This document shows, piece by piece, positions 59,920-64,000 of a DNA stretch of 64,000 nucleotides. Position 1 is the first letter of the stretch; every line of letters starts with the position of its first letter. The DNA lies in NCBI GenBank assembly GCA_964016885.1, contig OZ024743.1, positions 11,284,001-11,348,000 of the forward strand, given 5' to 3'. The translations under genes and the position numbers were made by a program. This stretch comes from Eledone cirrhosa. Lineage: Eukaryota. The notes beneath the pieces were generated by a model that was not told the DNA's origin, did not search any database, and saw only the letters and a program-made list of their open reading frames with translations.

Positions 59920-60660
59920 GATTGAATGGCACACGTTATAATTCAATACATGAATGAATGCGGTACATTACAACACAACGCAATGCATGAATGAATGTCC
60001 GTCATTACAAAACAATTTATGATTCAATGTCATACATTACATCACTACACAATACATGAATGACGGTTAAACGTTACAACATATCCCAACACGTGAATGA
60101 AAGTCACAAATTACAACACAACAGAATTCATTAATGAATGCAACACGTTACAACACATTAGAATTCATGGATGGATACTGTAGCACAATACGTAAATGAA
60201 TAGTACACATTACAACAGAACACAATAGATGAATGAATAATACATGTTACAACACAATACAGCACATAAATGAATGCCATACGTTACAACACGTTAGAAC
60301 ATGAATGAATGTTATATATGACACCACAACAAAATTCATGAATGAATGCTACAGGTTACAACACAGCACAACGCAACACCTGAATGAATGCCATACGTTA
60401 CAACACAATTCATAAATGAATGAATGCTACACGTTACAAGTTACAAAACATGAATGAATATCATGTATGACACCACAACAGAATTCATGAATGAATATTA
60501 GACGTTACAATACAACACATTCATGAATGATATACATTACAATAAAAATAATAATACGTCAATGAATGACGCATATTACGATGCAACACATGATTGAATG
60601 TTGTGGAACGTTAAAACACGAAATGTGGCATGAATACATTTAGATGTTACAACACGTCAA
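59920..60660. repeat. Degenerate minisatellite, about 35-40-bp unit (ATGAATGAATG..ACGTTACAACAC..)
   Basis: Regular alternation of ATGAATGAAT and TTACAACAC motifs. Confidence 0.85.
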
Positions 60661-60982
60661 ACATCGTCAATGGATGGATATTATCAGACTTTGCTAAAGA
60701 TTACGGGATTTGTTACATTAAATCCTCGTGTAAATAACCGTCACTGATCCACTATGAGAAAATTATAAACCTGTATAAAACATACCAAATCTTCCGAAGG
60801 GCAACTTTCTAACCCCCCCCCCCCCCCACACACACACACATACACACACTTACTCTCTCTCTCTTTCTCCTTTTCACACACACATAGACACACACACACT
60901 CTCTCTCTCTCTCTTTCATTCTTTCTTAATATCTATCTCTCTAAATATCTATCTCTCCGTCACTTTCTTTCTCTCACCTCCT

Positions 60983-61051
<69 letters not shown>

Positions 61052-61246
61052 TTATCTATCTATCAATCTCTATCTATCTTCTTTGGAGAAACGTAATTGT
61101 ACGTGCTTACGTTTCGTTGTAAAGTGTAAATCTACACATGTATGTGTGAATGCATGTGTACGAAAATTAACGCACGCGTGTGTGTGTTTGTGTGTGTATG
61201 TTTGTGTGTGCTTGTGTGTTTGTGTGTGTGTGTATGTTTGTGTGTG

Positions 61247-61363
<117 letters not shown>

Positions 61364-61771
61364 TGTGGTCACTTAGATGTGTTTTATTATATACTGTGAC
61401 GTAAACTGCGAACGAATATTAGAGGAAGAGAATAAGATTGACATATAGAGGAGGGAGTGTGAGCTGTGTTGATGGAAACATTAAACATAACTGAACATGT
61501 GTGCTTGTGTTTAACTGTGTGTGTGTGTTGGTGATTATATGGTGTATGTGTCTATGTATGAAGCTATACGGTATGTGTATGACACTATGGTGGGTGTGAC
61601 TGTGTGTGCGTGTGTGTGGTGCTATGTGGTATGTGTGAGTGTATGTATATGTTTGGGAAAATGTGATGTATGTATGTGTTTGTGAAAATGTGGTGTATGT
61701 GCTATATGAATGTATGAGAGTATGTGTTATATGAGTTAATATGTATGTGGTGCATGTAAATATGTATAAAT

Positions 61772-62058
61772 GTTTTCTTTATTAACCACAAGGGTTGACA
61801 CAAAGTATAACATTAAGGACGGTACAGGACGGTACAGGACGGTACAGGACGGTACAAATGGGCATTCCTGCGTGTAAAAACAAAAACATAAAACCAAAAA
61901 CAAAGGATGTAACAAAGAAATGAAACAAAGGAAAATTCCCCAATTGGGGAGAGACCTCCGAGGGTCACTCGTGGAGAAAGCCCACAAAAAAGTCACGGTG
62001 ACCCTGACTACCCTCTTTCAGTTTTCTGCTCCGCTCCCCCACCAGTTCCACCGCCCCT
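61772..62058 (-). mobile_element. 3'UTR fragment of a related Tx1-like LINE
   Basis: GTTTTCTTTATTAACCACAAGGG resembles GTTTCTTTTATTTGCCACTAGGG at 7448-7470; internal (AGGACGGTAC)4. Confidence 0.55.
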
Positions 62059-62186
62059 GTATATATATATAATGTAAAAAAGAATAATGCTCTGTACCCT
62101 TTCCTAAGGGGTTGATATATCGAGCTTCTTCGTATTTGGTAATAAACTGGTATTATACCCAATTTATTCATCTCCTATATATATAT

Positions 62187-62510
62187 ATATCACACAAAAA
62201 AGAGAATCAGTGTTGCGACGAATGGAATTTATTGAACATATTTCAATCGTTTCTCTGGCGACCAGCTCGAGGCACGATCGATGTGATGATCGAACCTGAC
62301 TCTGAAAATTGCAAGGTCCTCATATACGTCTTCCTAATTAGGAAAGTCTGCTTCGTAGAATCAAGACGTATCTGAGGACCTTGCGATTTTCAGAGTCAGG
62401 TTCGATCATCAAATCGAATGTGCCTCGAGCTGGTCGCCAGAGAAACGGTTGTAATATGTCCAATAAATTCCATTCGTCGCAACACTGATTCTCTTTTTTT
62501 TTTGTGATAT
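62187..62510. mobile_element. Fold-back PLE relic with about 146-bp inverted arms
   Basis: Arms 62187-62332 / 62363-62510, with scattered mismatches. Confidence 0.88.
62365..62460 (+). ncRNA. Hammerhead ribozyme with greatly extended stem II
   Basis: Stem I GACGTAT/ATATGTC; CTGAGGA; 63-nt insert able to pair (GCGA/TCGC, CAG/CTG, AGG/CCT, TTCGAT/ATCGAA); GAAAC-ggtt-GTA. Confidence 0.7.
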
Positions 62511-62583
62511 CATACTCTGCTCTATGAGAGCATCGAGTGCTCAAACGGCCTACCGCATACGGACGCTATAAGTATCCAACACC

Positions 62584-62636
<53 letters not shown>

Positions 62637-62639
<3 letters not shown>

Positions 62640-63638
62640 TAATCTATAAAGCTCAGTGTGTGGTCATGCTCCTTCGTTATAGAAATCTGCGATATAGAAT
62701 TTCTTCAATTGAAATTTACAATTCAGTATTCGAAATAGTTTCGATTGCGTCTTTACGCAGATAATTTTTTCAATTTCACCCACAATTACGCAAAAAATAG
62801 ATAAAACTCAATATTTTACGATTTTTCTCTCTCATTTATACTGCTGAACTCTTTCTACTACCATTCAAAATCTATACAACTTCATACTGTCTGCTACTTT
62901 CTCTTTCCAAGCTTGATGGTGATACTGTCCGTTCACACCACTCCCTACTGTCTTAAATTTAGAAAACACATATCCTTTATGAGGTTACTAAACCTGCTAG
63001 AAACAGCAGCTAACTCTCCCCCATATCACACCCCTCTCCACACCACTCCCTACTGTCTTAAATTTAGAAAACACATATCCTCTATGAGGTTACTAAACCT
63101 TCTAGAAACAGCAGCTAACTCTTCCCCATATCACACCCCTCCATACTGTCTTAAATTTAGAAAACATATCTTCTATGAGGTCACTAAACCTGCTAGAAAC
63201 AGCAGCTAACTCTCCCCCATATCACACCACTCCCTACTGTCTTAAATTTAGAAAACACATATCCTCTATGAGGTCACTAAACCTGCTAGAAACAACAGCT
63301 AACTCTCCCTCATATCACAACCCTCCCTACTGTCTTAAATTTAGAAAACACACAGACAACCATGCAGAACAACTCCATTGCAGCTCTGTTGTTCGGCTGG
63401 CATCGTCTACGCGCGTGTTGCGCAAGTACTGTGAAACAATAAATTTCAACACTTTTTTGCACAGAGATAATATCCATAGGCGAAACTACAATTGTCACTG
63501 CTGGCGCAGCTCATGCTTCCAGGTCTGCAATTCATTCACCCAGTGCCTGGCAGACAAAAAAGTGCTGCCATAAAATGGGTGGTGCAACCTAACTTTGGTA
63601 ACTTAATGACCCCGAGCAACGCCGGGCTTTAATGCTAG
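62637..63638 (+). mobile_element. Non-autonomous Helitron carrying a tandem array
   Basis: A|TC 5' end; 3' hairpin CCCG-agcaacgc-CGGG then CTAG|T (63635-63639). Confidence 0.75.
62934..63352 (+). repeat. About 91-bp tandem repeat, about 4.4 copies
   Basis: CACACC.CTCCCTACTGTCTTAAATTTAGAAAACACATATCC..TATGAGGT.ACTAAACCTGCTAGAAACAGCAGCTAACTCT unit. Confidence 0.95.
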
Positions 63639-64000
63639 TATAATTATATATATATATATACACATTGATTTATTATGGCTATTGGTGAGTTGTGTTACTC
63701 TAAACTAAAGTTCCACCTGCGCACTCACAGTATCACCAGTCGTGTCTGATGATTCTGTAAGTACGCAGGTGAGACTCCAAAGTAACAAGGTTCATCACTT
63801 AGCCATAATAACGAATATTTAAACTCTACTCCGGTATTGAGTTTTCATTCTTACGTCCGTCAATAATTCACGTACTCTCAGGTCTAATTATTTTATTTTA
63901 CGTTAAAAAAAACATTATATACGACAAAAAAAAACATTATAAGAAATCCCATATTTACGAACGTAAACTATATAATTGCCGATTTCCCAATCCCCTCTAT

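Noticed and set aside
59920-60660. Repeat-spacer-like periodicity suggestive of a CRISPR array
   Set aside because: Units are degenerate along their whole length, there are no unique spacers or cas genes, and the context is eukaryotic.

Overview
AT-rich, microsatellite-dense eukaryotic DNA. The SINE families resemble those I recall from octopus, so a coleoid cephalopod is likely (inference). The window is mostly intronic/intergenic and full of mobile elements. (1) A full-length Tx1/L1-clade LINE (7447-13172, minus) has two uninterrupted ORFs and sits in a (GATA)n microsatellite. It is nested, with a Naiad-type Penelope-like element (PLE) and SINEs, inside a 12.4-kb hAT relic that keeps its TIRs and a 7/8-matching TSD. 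(2) A recurring class of 130-520 bp fold-back elements lies in or beside (TA)n tracts. Most carry recognisable hammerhead-ribozyme (HHR) folds, some with unusual core variants, and one is built entirely from the 3' end of the Naiad element in this window. (3) There are about 15 tRNA-head SINEs, RTE/CRE/Neptune fragments, MITEs, two Helitron-like elements and two large higher-order trinucleotide arrays. (4) A probable minus-strand host gene has a signal-peptide exon at 43827-43949 that the ORF track misses. All calls are by eye: no alignments, folding programs or database searches were run, and many boundaries are approximate.
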